This document shows, one piece after another, positions 1 through 10,118 of a stretch of DNA of 64,000 nucleotides. Under the pieces are notes generated by a model. It was given only the letters and a program-made list of their open reading frames with translations, was not told where the DNA came from and ran no database searches. The first letter of the stretch is position 1. Each line of letters begins with the position of its first letter. Source of the DNA: an uncultured Chloroflexia bacterium (GTDB lineage Bacteria > Chloroflexota > Limnocylindria > Limnocylindrales > CSP1-4); contig CAVRGP010000011.1 in NCBI GenBank assembly GCA_963720755.1, positions 416,001 to 480,000 of the forward strand. The letters are read 5' to 3'. The translations under genes and the position numbers were made by a program.

Positions 1-1
1 G

Positions 2-1321
2 CAGATCCTCGAGCGTCTCAGGACGCTCGAGACCGAGGTACCCGCCTTCGACCCGCCACCGTCGCGCGACCATCGAGGGCGATGGGGTGGCGACCTGCGT
101 GATGTCCATTGGGTCCGACCGGAACTGGTGATCCGTGCCGAGCTCGGCGGCTGGTCGCGAGACGGGATGGTCCGGCAGGCGGCCTTCAAGGGGATCGAGG
201 AGGGTCGCGATCCGACGACGGTCGTGCGCGAACGGGCGGTGACGACCGCGACCGCGGTCAGGGACGCGGTGTCGGAGATGGATGCAGCGTCGGGTGTCCG
301 GACCGGTGCGGCGGTCCCTGGCACCGAGCCCGGCCACGAACCACGACCTGCGTTTGCCTGGGAGGTTGCGGACCCGGAACTGGACGCGCTCGACCGGCTC
401 GGCAGGGAAGGGATCTGGTCGGTCGGCGGCAACGACCTGAAGCTCACGAACCTCGACAAGCCCCTGTTCGAGGCGCGGCCGGACAGTGGCGAGGGTCCGA
501 TCACGAAGCGTGAGCTGATCCGCTACTTCGCCCGGATCGCGCCGACCCTGTTGCCGCACCTCGCCGACCGACCGCTCAACCTCCAACGCTTCCCGAACGG
601 GGCCGGGGCACCGGGGTTCTGGCAGAAGGACATCCCCGCGACGGCGCCGACGTGGCTGACCCGCTGGCACGAGACCGGCGTCGATGGTCGGGAGGACCGC
701 GACGCGAACGACCACCTGATCGCCGATCGGGCGGCAACCCTGGCCTGGCTCGGCAACCAGGCGAGCTTCGAGATCCACGCCTGGACCGGGCGCCTGCCCG
801 ATCCGTGGCGACCGACGTTCGCCTACATCGATATCGATCCGGGCGAGCGGACGACCTGGGAGGAGACGCTCGTGCTCGCCCGGCTCTACCGGACGGCCCT
901 CGGCCACCTCGGCGTCCACGGCTATCCGAAGACGACCGGCAAGCGCGGTATCCAGGTCTGGATCCCGGTCGAGCCCCGCTACGACTTCGGCGACACGAGC
1001 GCCTGGGTCGAGCGCATCTCGCGGGCGATCGGGGCGACCGTGCCGGAGCTCGTCTCGTGGGAGTGGGCCAAGGGCGCCCGCCAGGGCAAGGCTCGTCTCG
1101 ACTACACCCAGAACGCCAGCATCAAGACGCTCGTGGCGCCGTATGCCGTACGACCTGCCGCCGGAGCCCCGGTGTCAGCACCGATCGCCTGGGACGAGCT
1201 TGACGACCCGGAGCTCCGACCGGATCGCTGGACGATCCGCGACATCGTGGAACGCGTGACCGAGAAGGGCGACCTGTTCGCTGCGACCCAGACCGACCTG
1301 CAGGCCCTACCCACGCTCTGA
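2..1321 (+). CDS. ligD: NHEJ DNA ligase D, 5'-truncated (end of ligase OB domain + primase-polymerase domain)
   Basis: Frame is open from the window edge (HWVRPELVIRAELGGWSRDGMVRQAAFKG, OB-fold end). It continues into LigD-Pol motifs LTNLDKPLF, ITKRELIRY, RFPNG..FWQK, IDIDP, KTTGKRGIQV, LDYTQN, VAPYAVR. Confidence 0.9.
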   Translation, partial: QILERLRTLETEVPAFDPPPSRDHRGRWGGDLRDVHWVRPELVIRAELGGWSRDGMVRQAAFKGIEEGRDPTTVVRERAVTTATAVRDAVSEMDAASGVRTGAAVPGTEPGHEPRPAFAWEVADPELDALDRLGREGIWSVGGNDLKLTNLDKPLFEARPDSGEGPITKRELIRYFARIAPTLLPHLADRPLNLQRFPNGAGAPGFWQKDIPATAPTWLTRWHETGVDGREDRDANDHLIADRAATLAWLGNQASFEIHAWTGRLPDPWRPTFAYIDIDPGERTTWEETLVLARLYRTALGHLGVHGYPKTTGKRGIQVWIPVEPRYDFGDTSAWVERISRAIGATVPELVSWEWAKGARQGKARLDYTQNASIKTLVAPYAVRPAAGAPVSAPIAWDELDDPELRPDRWTIRDIVERVTEKGDLFAATQTDLQALPTL

Positions 1322-1377
1322 TCTCCGGTCGGTCGTCATCGTCGCCTGGTCGGGCGCCGGCATGGCAGGATGGACCG

Positions 1378-2628
1378 ATGCACGACGAGTCGATCCAGCT
1401 TCGCCAACCGACCGACGATCCCGAGTCGTTGCGCGCATACATCCGACCGGTATCGGCGGCATTCGCCGACGACTACACGGACCAGCAGTTCGAAACGGAT
1501 CGGAAGCTCTGGGAGGTGGATCGGCTGATCGGCGCGGTGGACGGCGAGACGTGGGTCGGTGCGGCCGCCGGGTTGTCGATGCGACTGACGGTGCCGGGCG
1601 GGGAAGTCCGGGCGGTCGGCGTGTCCGATGTCGGGGTCGCCCCGAGTCACCGCCGGCGCGGGATCCTCACCCGGATGATGCGCTGGATCCTCGACCAGGC
1701 CGTCGAGCGGGGTGAACCGGTCGCCGTGCTGTACGCCTCGGAAGGCGTCATCTACCCGCATTTCGGCTTCGGGATGGCGACGCTTCGGGGCAGCTTCGAG
1801 GTCGAACGGCACGCCTTCACGTTCGCTCGGCCGGCCGAGCCGCTCGGCCGGGTCAGGCTGGTCGATGTCGACGAAGGGATGCGACTCGTCCCGCCGCTGT
1901 TCGATCGCGCGCGTCCGGAGCGGATCGGGGAAGTCACCCGGCACCCGGATCGATGGCGGCATCAGCTGCTCGCCGACGATGGACGGATGCGCGCGATCTT
2001 CGGCACGAAGTTCAACGCCGTCCTCGAAGTCGATGGCCTGCCTCGCGGCTACGCGATCTACCGCGTCAAGAGTGAGTGGGACGACCGAGGACCCAAGCAC
2101 GTCCTCACGGCCCTGGAGGTCACCGGCCTGGATCCGGCGGCGGAGCGGGCCTTGTGGGAGTGGCTCGCCGGGGTGGACCTCGTGACCAAGATCCGGGGCC
2201 TGCGCACACCCGTGCCGGCGCCGTTGGTCCTGCAGATGGCGAACCCGCGTCGCCTCGGCTTCACGGTCACGGACGGGATCTGGCTCCGCCTCATCGAACT
2301 CCGGGCCGCGCTCGAAGGCCGGACCTATGCGGCCGGCGGCAGCGTGACCCTCGAGGTGACCGACCCGTTCTGTCCCGGCAACGCCGGTCGCTGGACACTC
2401 GACGTCCCCGAGGGTGGGGGAGCGGGAACCGTCGCGCCAGCGGCAGGCGATGGAGCTGCCGATATCGCACTCGACATCACGGACCTGGCGATGGCCTATC
2501 TCGGGACCTTCTCGTTCGCCGATCTCGTCCGGGCAGGTCGGTCGGAAGAGCTGCGGGCGGGCGGGATCGCCACAGCCGACCGCCTGTTCGCGACGACCAC
2601 CCCGGCCTGGTCGTCGACGATGTTCTAG
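1378..2628 (+). CDS. Eis-like GNAT N-acetyltransferase with SCP2-like C-terminus
   Basis: VGVAPSHRRRGI acetyl-CoA motif, LYASEGVIYPHFGFG, VTDPFCPGNAGRW and a C-terminal F, all typical of the Eis family. Confidence 0.85.
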   Translation: MHDESIQLRQPTDDPESLRAYIRPVSAAFADDYTDQQFETDRKLWEVDRLIGAVDGETWVGAAAGLSMRLTVPGGEVRAVGVSDVGVAPSHRRRGILTRMMRWILDQAVERGEPVAVLYASEGVIYPHFGFGMATLRGSFEVERHAFTFARPAEPLGRVRLVDVDEGMRLVPPLFDRARPERIGEVTRHPDRWRHQLLADDGRMRAIFGTKFNAVLEVDGLPRGYAIYRVKSEWDDRGPKHVLTALEVTGLDPAAERALWEWLAGVDLVTKIRGLRTPVPAPLVLQMANPRRLGFTVTDGIWLRLIELRAALEGRTYAAGGSVTLEVTDPFCPGNAGRWTLDVPEGGGAGTVAPAAGDGAADIALDITDLAMAYLGTFSFADLVRAGRSEELRAGGIATADRLFATTTPAWSSTMF

Positions 2629-2706
2629 GGGGACCCGGGATCGCAGTCACCTCATGGACGCGCCGAACCGGGCGAGTCCGGGCTCCATACGACGCGTGAG
2701 CCAGCG

Positions 2707-3324
2707 TCAGCCCAGGTTCAAGATCCCCGACATCGTTTCGAGGGTCGACGCTCGTAGCCCGTCTCCATCGAGCGTGATCGCCACATCGTCCCGCCCGGGC
2801 CAGTTCGGATCGTAGACACGCAACGTGATCGACTCGCCGGCGATCTCGTACGCGTACGCCAGGACCTGGTGGCTTTGCATGAGGTTGAACGGGTTCAGGC
2901 CCTGATGCCGGACCAGGCCGACCATGGCGAGGCGGTCGGCGTCGATGTCCGATCGGATCCTGGGCCACTCCGCCTCGCGCGATCGACGGAGCGCACGGGC
3001 GGCGCCGAATGCGCCCATCCACCAGAACCTGAGCGGCGTCCGCAACCAATCGAGCGATCTGACCTGGCGGCGGACAAGCGCCTGGAAGAGGGGACTGCCG
3101 TTGACGGGTGCCTCCGCATCGGGCGGGATCGGCAAGCCGGCAGCGAACCGCTCGCGGACATACCAGCTCATCCCGCCGCACAGGCCCGCAGACGCATCGC
3201 CGATCCCGATCCAGCGAGGGTCGAGCGGGCCGAACCGGATGGTCGGTCCCGGAGGGAACCGGTTGGCGAACCGCAACCCATGGGTGCTCGGCAGGAACCC
3301 CGGGACGGCATGCGATTCGACCAT
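2707..3324 (-). CDS. hypothetical protein with papain-like Cys-His-Asp motifs
   Basis: 205-aa ORF with GLCGGMS, SHQVLAY and VYDPN. A -10-like TAGACT lies 9 nt before the ATG. Confidence 0.65.
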   Translation of the reverse strand: MVESHAVPGFLPSTHGLRFANRFPPGPTIRFGPLDPRWIGIGDASAGLCGGMSWYVRERFAAGLPIPPDAEAPVNGSPLFQALVRRQVRSLDWLRTPLRFWWMGAFGAARALRRSREAEWPRIRSDIDADRLAMVGLVRHQGLNPFNLMQSHQVLAYAYEIAGESITLRVYDPNWPGRDDVAITLDGDGLRASTLETMSGILNLG

Positions 3325-3343
3325 GACCGGCCGAGTCTACGCC

Positions 3344-3382
3344 TTGACCGGTCATCATGGTCGGCTATCATGACCGACTATG
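3344..3382 (+). promoter_or_regulatory. TA promoter (TTGACC-16-TATCAT) with overlapping inverted-repeat operator
   Basis: TTGACC at 3344-3349 and TATCAT at 3366-3371. The inverted repeat CATGGTCGG (3356-3364) / CCGACTATG (3374-3382) flanks the -10 and overlaps the start codon. Confidence 0.55.
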
Positions 3383-3715
3383 AGAACCATCACGGCCATG
3401 GATATGCGCAGGCGTCTGGGCGAGATCCTCGACGCCGCCTCCGCGGGAGAACGGATCCTGATCGAGCGCGACCATCGACCCCTCGCCTACCTCGTGTCGG
3501 TGGAGGATGGCGATCGACTGGATCCGGACGTCGAAGACCTGAGCGCACGGCGGCGCGCCGCCCTCGACCGGTTGATGGCGTTGGGCGCACGGATGCGCGA
3601 ACTTCACCCGCCGCCGGACGATGGCATGACAGACGCTGAGTGGATCCGCCACGAGCACGATCGGCGCGCCGATCAGATCACTCGCGCCGCAGCATCCAGG
3701 CCGGACGAACAGTGA
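3380..3715 (+). CDS. Phd/YefM-family antitoxin
   Basis: MRTITAMDMRRRLGEILDAASAGERILIERDHRPLAYLV is a Phd fold signature. The stop overlaps the toxin start (GTGA). Confidence 0.85.
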   Translation: MRTITAMDMRRRLGEILDAASAGERILIERDHRPLAYLVSVEDGDRLDPDVEDLSARRRAALDRLMALGARMRELHPPPDDGMTDAEWIRHEHDRRADQITRAAASRPDEQ

Positions 3716-4248
3716 CTGGACGCTCGGCGCTGGTCATCGACGCATCGGTCGTGATCGCCATCGCCCGGATGGAGCCAGATGGTCCTCGCGCCGCAGCCCT
3801 GATCGATCGATCGACCCAACAGGGAGCTCGGACCGTCGTTCCCGCGCACTTCTGGCTGGAAGTGACCAACGTCCTGATGCGTCGGCACCGATGGGATGGC
3901 GCCGCCATCTTCGAGGCTACCCGCGAGATCGATTCGATGGTCCTGGAAACGATCGAGCTTGACCGACCGACCCTGCTCTTGGCCGTCGATCTCAGCGAGC
4001 GGCACGGCCTGTCGTCGTATGACGCGATGTACCTGGCGCTTGCCGAATTGGTCGATGGGTCCCTCTTCACCCTCGACGAACGCCTGCAGGCTGCCGCTGG
4101 CACCCGCGCCATGGACCTCAGCGGGCACCGGCTCCCGGATGCGGCCCCGCCGTACGAGCACTCGGTGACCTGGCCGGACTACAAGGGGGCGTCCACCTAT
4201 CTCGCCCGGTTGCGCGTGGAAGCGCGCGCGGCCGGAACGCGAAGCTAG
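3712..4248 (+). CDS. vapC: VapC/PIN-domain toxin
   Basis: PIN motifs LVIDASV, EVTNVL, LSSYDAMYLALA and FTLDERL. GTG start at 3712 is coupled to the antitoxin stop. Confidence 0.85.
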   Translation: MTGRSALVIDASVVIAIARMEPDGPRAAALIDRSTQQGARTVVPAHFWLEVTNVLMRRHRWDGAAIFEATREIDSMVLETIELDRPTLLLAVDLSERHGLSSYDAMYLALAELVDGSLFTLDERLQAAAGTRAMDLSGHRLPDAAPPYEHSVTWPDYKGASTYLARLRVEARAAGTRS

Positions 4249-4303
4249 GCACCGGCTGGACCGCGGCACGGACCTCCCGCGGGCGGCTACCATCGGTCGC
4301 ACG

Positions 4304-4786
4304 ATGAGCGAACGAGTGAGCGCCGGGATCCTGCTGTATCGACGCGTGGACGGGCGGGATCATGGCCTGGAGCTGCTCCTGGCCCACCCGGGCGGCCCGT
4401 TCTTCGTGGACCGTGACCTCGGCGACTGGACGATCCCGAAGGGCGAACCGAACGGGTCGGACGAGCCGCTTCGGGATGTCGCCCGACGGGAATTCGCCGA
4501 GGAGACCGGGACCTGGGTCCACGCCGGGGCCGCCGCGATCGCCCTCGGCACGATCGTCCAGAAGGGCGGCAAGGTCGTCCATGCCTGGGCGGTCGAGGGT
4601 GACCTTGACCCCGCCACCGCCGAGTCGGACACGTTCGAGATGGAATGGCCACCGCGGTCCGGGCGTCGCCAACGGTTCCCGGAGATCGACCACGTGGACT
4701 GGTTCGATCCGGCCGAGGCCCGCCGCCGGATCAAGGCCAGCCAGCTGCCATTCATCGAGCGCCTGGAGGCGGCCCTGGTCGAGTAG
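4304..4786 (+). CDS. NUDIX hydrolase
   Basis: SAGILLYR, AHPGGPF, WTIPKGE...ARREFAEETG Nudix box, EWPPRSG..FPEID. Confidence 0.9.
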   Translation: MSERVSAGILLYRRVDGRDHGLELLLAHPGGPFFVDRDLGDWTIPKGEPNGSDEPLRDVARREFAEETGTWVHAGAAAIALGTIVQKGGKVVHAWAVEGDLDPATAESDTFEMEWPPRSGRRQRFPEIDHVDWFDPAEARRRIKASQLPFIERLEAALVE

Positions 4787-4793
4787 GGCCGGC

Positions 4794-6617
4794 TCAGTCG
4801 GAAGCGGCGACGACCGTGATTCGGACCAACGTCGGATCCACGCCGGTCGCGACCAGCGAACCCTGGTCCGGGGTCAGGACATCCAGCACGAGCAGGTAGT
4901 CGCCCGGCGCAGTCGGTGCCACGAGGTCCAGGGTGGCATCGAACGAGCCACCTGGCTGGAGCTCGATCGGCAGGTCCGCCAGGGCTGTCCGCTCCGCGGG
5001 ATCCGCCTGCAGCGCCGTCCCTTCGGACAGCGGGATCCAGCGGCCGACCAGGCGAGCCACCTCGGCGGGGACCCAGCCGGACAGGTTCGATACCGGCGGG
5101 ATCGCGGCCTGCCCCCACGCTGTCCGGCCGAGGTTCGCGACGTGGACACCGAGCACGGCCGACGACCCGGCTGGGAGGACGGCGGCGGGGACCGCGGCGA
5201 TCGATCCGTCGTAGTCCCCGGTCACTCGGACGACGAGCGAGGACAGCAGCGCCTGGGTCGCGGCGTCGTACGCCACGCCGTCCGCATCGTGCAGGGTGAT
5301 CGTCAGCCGGTAGCGACCGGGCGTTGCCGGGAGCGCCAGGGGGAGGACCAGGGCTCGCTTGGTGACGTGCACGACCTCGGGCGAGACGACGTCGCCGAGC
5401 TGTTCCGGGACGACAAGATCGAGCGTCGCAGGCGGCACATCGAGCCGGGGTGTGGCGACCGTCGGATCACCGGCGACCGGTTCGACCGCCGGCCGGCGTG
5501 CGCCGACGCCGTCGGTCGTCGCGGACGGTGTTCCGTCGGCTGCCGGATCCGGCACGGCGTCCGGCGCCCCTTGCGCCGGCGCGAACTGGATGGCGATCGG
5601 ATCCCAGCGCGCGCTGGCCCGGACCCCGTCTGGCAGCGCCTTCGGGTCCGGCATCGTGTACGGCACCGCCAGGCTGGCTTGTGTCCCGGCCGACGGCAGA
5701 TCCCCGAAGGCCGGCGACCCGAGCCGCAGACCGACCCTGGACAGACTCGGCTGTGTCGCGAGCGCGCCGTTCACGTCGGGACCGGTCACCGATCCAGCGG
5801 CGCCGGCGAGGACGTCTGCCGGCGCCAGACCGGCGCGCATGACGATCGATCGGCTGAACCCGGACGAGGCGGCCTCCGGGTCCATCTGCGCCACGTAGCC
5901 GGGGCTGCGCTGGCTCGTGAACGCGATCCGATGGCCGTTCGCGCTCGGGGCGCTCTGCCACGCGTTCTGGATGGAGCGACCACCGCCGAGGATCGCCTTC
6001 ACCAGGTACGACGGGCTGTCGTACGCCTCCGCGATGACGGCCGCGGCGCCGGCCAGGATGAACCCGGCGGCATAGTTGTCCACCCGTTGCTTCGCGTCGT
6101 CGAGCGTCCCGACCGCCATGCCCGGTTCGGTCAGACCGCTGGCGTAGCAGAGATGGTTCAGGAGCACGATCGCGTTCCGGGCGAGGTTGATCTGCGACCC
6201 GATGCTCGCCTCGCCGAAGTACTGATGAGCGGAGTCCCCGCCGCCCGTCGCGGGGTTCAGGCCGAAGCCATCCTCCGTCGCTGGAAACAGCTCGTTGTGG
6301 TAGGGGCTCGGCCACCCGTTGCCATGACCCATGTAGATGACAAGCGAGGCCCCATCCAGCGCAGCGCGGACGGCCGGCCAGGTGGCGTCAGGCGAGTAGA
6401 TCTCCACGACGTCCGGGGTGTAGCGACGGGCGACCGCCGCCGCCGCGCGAGCCTGCGTCCGGTACCCGTCGGTGGCGGCTCCAGCGGGGCCGACGATCAG
6501 CACGACCTTCGGTACGGGGGCGCCGGCGGCCGAGACGGACCCAGCGGCGAACGATGTCGGGGCCAGGAGACCGGCGCCGAGGAGGCCCGCGAAGATGGCG
6601 ATCCTGAGGCTTCTCAC
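4794..6617 (-). CDS. secreted protein with possible clan CD (gingipain/caspase-like) peptidase domain
   Basis: Signal-peptide-like N-terminus (RSLRIAIFAGLLGAGLLAPTSFAA), YMGHG and NHLCYASG motifs, Ig-like C-terminal parts. Start uncertain: GTG at 6617, but the ORF is open to 6710. Confidence 0.7.
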   Translation of the reverse strand: MRSLRIAIFAGLLGAGLLAPTSFAAGSVSAAGAPVPKVVLIVGPAGAATDGYRTQARAAAAVARRYTPDVVEIYSPDATWPAVRAALDGASLVIYMGHGNGWPSPYHNELFPATEDGFGLNPATGGGDSAHQYFGEASIGSQINLARNAIVLLNHLCYASGLTEPGMAVGTLDDAKQRVDNYAAGFILAGAAAVIAEAYDSPSYLVKAILGGGRSIQNAWQSAPSANGHRIAFTSQRSPGYVAQMDPEAASSGFSRSIVMRAGLAPADVLAGAAGSVTGPDVNGALATQPSLSRVGLRLGSPAFGDLPSAGTQASLAVPYTMPDPKALPDGVRASARWDPIAIQFAPAQGAPDAVPDPAADGTPSATTDGVGARRPAVEPVAGDPTVATPRLDVPPATLDLVVPEQLGDVVSPEVVHVTKRALVLPLALPATPGRYRLTITLHDADGVAYDAATQALLSSLVVRVTGDYDGSIAAVPAAVLPAGSSAVLGVHVANLGRTAWGQAAIPPVSNLSGWVPAEVARLVGRWIPLSEGTALQADPAERTALADLPIELQPGGSFDATLDLVAPTAPGDYLLVLDVLTPDQGSLVATGVDPTLVRITVVAASD

Positions 6618-6771
6618 GATAGAGGGCAAGCTCCCCTTGTGGACCACCGAGGATACCGCTGGCGGTCGAGGTGGACCATAGCGATCGACCCTTACCACGC
6701 TCGTATCCACGACTTACGGTGCGCCGGCGCACCGATCGGGGCTCTCCTCCGTCTCCGCGTACCATCCGGGG

Positions 6772-8841
6772 ATGCCCAACCGCCTTGCCGGAGAGACGAG
6801 CCCGTATCTCCTCCAGCACGCCCAGAACCCGGTCGACTGGTACCCGTGGGGTCCGGAAGCCCTGGCCGCCGCCCGGTCGCTCGATCGTCCGATCTTCCTG
6901 AGCATCGGCTATGCGGCATGCCATTGGTGCCACGTCATGGAACGCGAGTCGTTCGAGCATGCGCCGACCGCTCAATTCCTCAACGACCACTTCGTGTCGA
7001 TCAAGGTCGACCGCGAAGAACGACCGGATCTGGATCAGGTGTACATGGCCGCGGTCCAGTCGATGACCGGCAGCGGTGGCTGGCCGATGTCGGTCTTCCT
7101 GACGCCGGACGGTCGCCCGTTCTACGGCGGTACCTACTTCCCGGACGAGCCACGGCACGGCATGCCGTCGTTCAACCAGGTCCTCCAGGGTGTCGATCGT
7201 GCCTGGCGGGAACAACGGGCCGAAGTCGAAGCCGCCGGCGGCCGCCTGGTCGACGGCCTGGTCGAACAGAGCCGACTCGAAGCCGCCGCGGACGACCCGA
7301 CCGACGCTCTCCTCGAGACCGCGACCGAGGCGCTCGACGCGGCGTTCGACTGGGTGAACGGGGGCTGGGGCCGGGCACCCAAGTTCCCGCAGCCGATGAC
7401 GATCGAGTTCGAGCTTCGACGCCATGCGGCCACCGGCGACCCCCGGCCGCTCGCGGTCGCCCGGCGGTCGCTCGACGCGATGGCCGACGGGGGCCTGCGC
7501 GACCAGCTCGGCGGCGGGTTTCACCGGTATTCGACCGACGCCTATTGGCTGGTCCCACATTTCGAGCAGATGCTGTACGACAACGCTCAGCTTGCCCGGG
7601 TCTACCTCCATGCCTGGACGCTGACCGACGACGACCGCTACCGCGTCGTCGCGCAGGGGACCCTCGACTACATGATCCGCGAGCTGACCACGCCCGACGG
7701 CGCCTTTGCCGCCAGCCAGGATGCCGACACCGAGGGCATCGAGGGCCTCACCTTCACCTGGCGAGCTCCGGAGGTTCGCGACGTGCTGGGCGAGGACGCT
7801 CCGCTGTTCATGGCGGCATACGGCGTGACCGAGGACGGCAACTGGGAAGGCGTGACCGTCCTCAGTCGGGTCGCGACCGACGACGACCTGGCAGTCAGCC
7901 TGGACCTCGCGCCAGGCGACGTCGCCACCCGCCTTGGCGAGGCGCGCATCCGACTCCTGGAACGGCGCCGGGAACGGCCGCAGCCAGCCCGGGACGAGAA
8001 GGCGCTGGCCGCCTGGAACGGGCTGGCCATCGCGGCCTTCGCTGACGGCGCGATGGCCCTCGGGGCGGTCGACCCGGTCGCGGCGGAACGGTATCGCGCC
8101 GCCGCGGTCCGGGCGGCGACGACCATCGTCGACGGCCTGCTCGCGCCGGATGGCTCACTCGGCCGTTCGTGGAAGGATGGCCGCGTGTCCGGCCGTGGTG
8201 TCCTGGAGGATTACGCCGATCTGGCCGACGGGCTCCTGGCCCTGTACGAGGCGACTTTCGTTGAGCGCTGGTTCTCCACCGCCCGTGGGCTGATGGATCG
8301 GGTCATCGACCATTTCGCCGATCCGGGCGGCGGGTTCTTCGATACCGCGGACGATCACGAGCGGCTCGTGACCCGGCCAAAGGATGTCCAGGACAACGCG
8401 GTCCCGTCCGGGAACGCGATGGCGACGCGCGTCCTCCTGCGGCTGGCGGCCTGGACCGGCGAGGCAGGCTACCGGGACGCAGCCGAACGGGCGATCCGCA
8501 CCGTCGTCCCATTCGCCGCCCGGTATCCCGGTGGCTTCGCCCAGTGGCTGGGCGCCATGGACCTCGCCCTCGCCACGGTCGTGGAGGTGGCGATCGTGGG
8601 GCCGCCCGGGGACGTCGCGACCAACGGGCTGCTCGGCGAGGTTCGGCGCGGGTTCCAGCCGAATGTCGTGGTCGCGGTCAGGGCCGACCATGACGTGAGC
8701 GAGATCCCGCTGCTCCGCGACCGCGTCTCGATCGACGGGCGACCGACCGCGTATGTCTGCCGGGACTTCGTCTGCCGCCTGCCGGTGACCGACCCCCCAG
8801 ACCTGCGCTCCCAACTCGACACGGGACGTCGGCGTGGCTGA
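6772..8841 (+). CDS. thioredoxin-domain protein YyaL/DUF255 (SPATA20-like)
   Basis: [63 protein letters not shown]. Confidence 0.95.
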   Translation: MPNRLAGETSPYLLQHAQNPVDWYPWGPEALAAARSLDRPIFLSIGYAACHWCHVMERESFEHAPTAQFLNDHFVSIKVDREERPDLDQVYMAAVQSMTGSGGWPMSVFLTPDGRPFYGGTYFPDEPRHGMPSFNQVLQGVDRAWREQRAEVEAAGGRLVDGLVEQSRLEAAADDPTDALLETATEALDAAFDWVNGGWGRAPKFPQPMTIEFELRRHAATGDPRPLAVARRSLDAMADGGLRDQLGGGFHRYSTDAYWLVPHFEQMLYDNAQLARVYLHAWTLTDDDRYRVVAQGTLDYMIRELTTPDGAFAASQDADTEGIEGLTFTWRAPEVRDVLGEDAPLFMAAYGVTEDGNWEGVTVLSRVATDDDLAVSLDLAPGDVATRLGEARIRLLERRRERPQPARDEKALAAWNGLAIAAFADGAMALGAVDPVAAERYRAAAVRAATTIVDGLLAPDGSLGRSWKDGRVSGRGVLEDYADLADGLLALYEATFVERWFSTARGLMDRVIDHFADPGGGFFDTADDHERLVTRPKDVQDNAVPSGNAMATRVLLRLAAWTGEAGYRDAAERAIRTVVPFAARYPGGFAQWLGAMDLALATVVEVAIVGPPGDVATNGLLGEVRRGFQPNVVVAVRADHDVSEIPLLRDRVSIDGRPTAYVCRDFVCRLPVTDPPDLRSQLDTGRRRG

Positions 8842-10117
8842 AGCGACGCCGGTCGAGATCCGACCCGCCGCCACGGTCGCCCTGCTCCGACCCGGCCCGA
8901 CCGGTCTCGAAGCGCTCCTGACCGTTCGGCCGACGACGATGGCGTTCGCGGCCGGGATGCATGTCTTCCCGGGAGGGCGAGTGGATCCCGCCGATGCCGA
9001 CCCGGCTCTCGCCGCACGATCGGTCCGCTCGCCAGACCAGGCCGCGATCTCGCTTGGTGGCGACCTGCTCCCGGCCGAGGCACTGGCCGCCTACCTGGCC
9101 GGTGTCCGTGAGTTGTTCGAGGAGGCCGGCGTGCTTCTGGCCGATCACCGGGCCGGGGACGGACCGGTCGCCGCTGCACGGTCGGCGCTGCTGCGCGGCG
9201 AGGCGACCCTCGCGACGGTCGCCGCGGACCTTGATCTTCGCCTTCGGACCGATCGCCTGATCCCGATCTCGCGCTGGGTGACGCCGATCGGGTTGCCGCG
9301 CCGGTTCGACGCCCGCTTCTTCGTCGCGTCGTTGCCCGCGGGTGCGGTCCCGTCATTCGAGGGTGGCGAAGTCACCGACCACGTCTGGATCCGCCCCGGC
9401 GACGCCCTTCGGGCGATGGCCGAGGGCCGTCTGCCGATGTGGCTGCCGACGAGCACGACCCTCCAGCAACTCGAGCATGCCGGGTCGATCGACGAGATCG
9501 CGGAACGGATGACACCGTCCCCGCTCGGGCCGATCGAGGTCGACGATGTCTCGCCCGACGTGCGTCGAGTGGTGATGCCGGCCGCCGGCGGCGTGGCCGG
9601 TCAGCCGGTCGATGCCTACCTTGTCGGTCGGAAGCGTCTCATCCTGGTCGATCCAGGCGACCCGACCGGGCCGGCGCTGGACCGAGTGATCGAGATCGTG
9701 GCGGAGCGTGGTGGTGCGATCGAAGCGGTCGTTCTCACGAGCGTGGAGGCCGCTCATGCCGCGGGTGCCGAGGCGATCGCCGAGCCACTTGGCATCCCGG
9801 TCCTGGTCGGGCCCGGAGGCGGTCGGATCCTGCCATATCCCGTCGTGGAGGTCGCGGACGGCGACGTCCTGGCGATGGCCGATGTCTCGGTCCAGGTGGC
9901 CCACATGCCCGGTCCCCGACCGGACCACCTTGCCCTGATCGTGGCCGGCGGGGCGTACGTGATCAGCGGCGATCTGGGTGGCGTCCGCGGTGCACGGTCG
10001 ATCCCGGGTCCGGCCGACGAGACGGCCTGGGCAGACTCCATCCGACGGCTGCGGACGCTGGCTCCGGATGGGCACTGGCTGGCCGGCCATCCCTCGCCTC
10101 CGAGCGAGATGGCGTGA
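8834..10117 (+). CDS. NUDIX hydrolase fused to a metallo-beta-lactamase-fold domain with degenerate metal motif
   Basis: N-terminal NUDT19-like motifs ([26 protein letters not shown]...RRFDARFF). C-terminal MBL scaffold (LVDPG, ISGD, LAGH). Confidence 0.8.
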   Translation: MAEATPVEIRPAATVALLRPGPTGLEALLTVRPTTMAFAAGMHVFPGGRVDPADADPALAARSVRSPDQAAISLGGDLLPAEALAAYLAGVRELFEEAGVLLADHRAGDGPVAAARSALLRGEATLATVAADLDLRLRTDRLIPISRWVTPIGLPRRFDARFFVASLPAGAVPSFEGGEVTDHVWIRPGDALRAMAEGRLPMWLPTSTTLQQLEHAGSIDEIAERMTPSPLGPIEVDDVSPDVRRVVMPAAGGVAGQPVDAYLVGRKRLILVDPGDPTGPALDRVIEIVAERGGAIEAVVLTSVEAAHAAGAEAIAEPLGIPVLVGPGGGRILPYPVVEVADGDVLAMADVSVQVAHMPGPRPDHLALIVAGGAYVISGDLGGVRGARSIPGPADETAWADSIRRLRTLAPDGHWLAGHPSPPSEMA

Positions 10118-10118
10118 C

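Noticed and set aside
4362-8045. 1227-aa plus-strand ORF
   Set aside because: It overlaps three better-supported genes in other frames or strands and has a low-complexity, motif-free translation.
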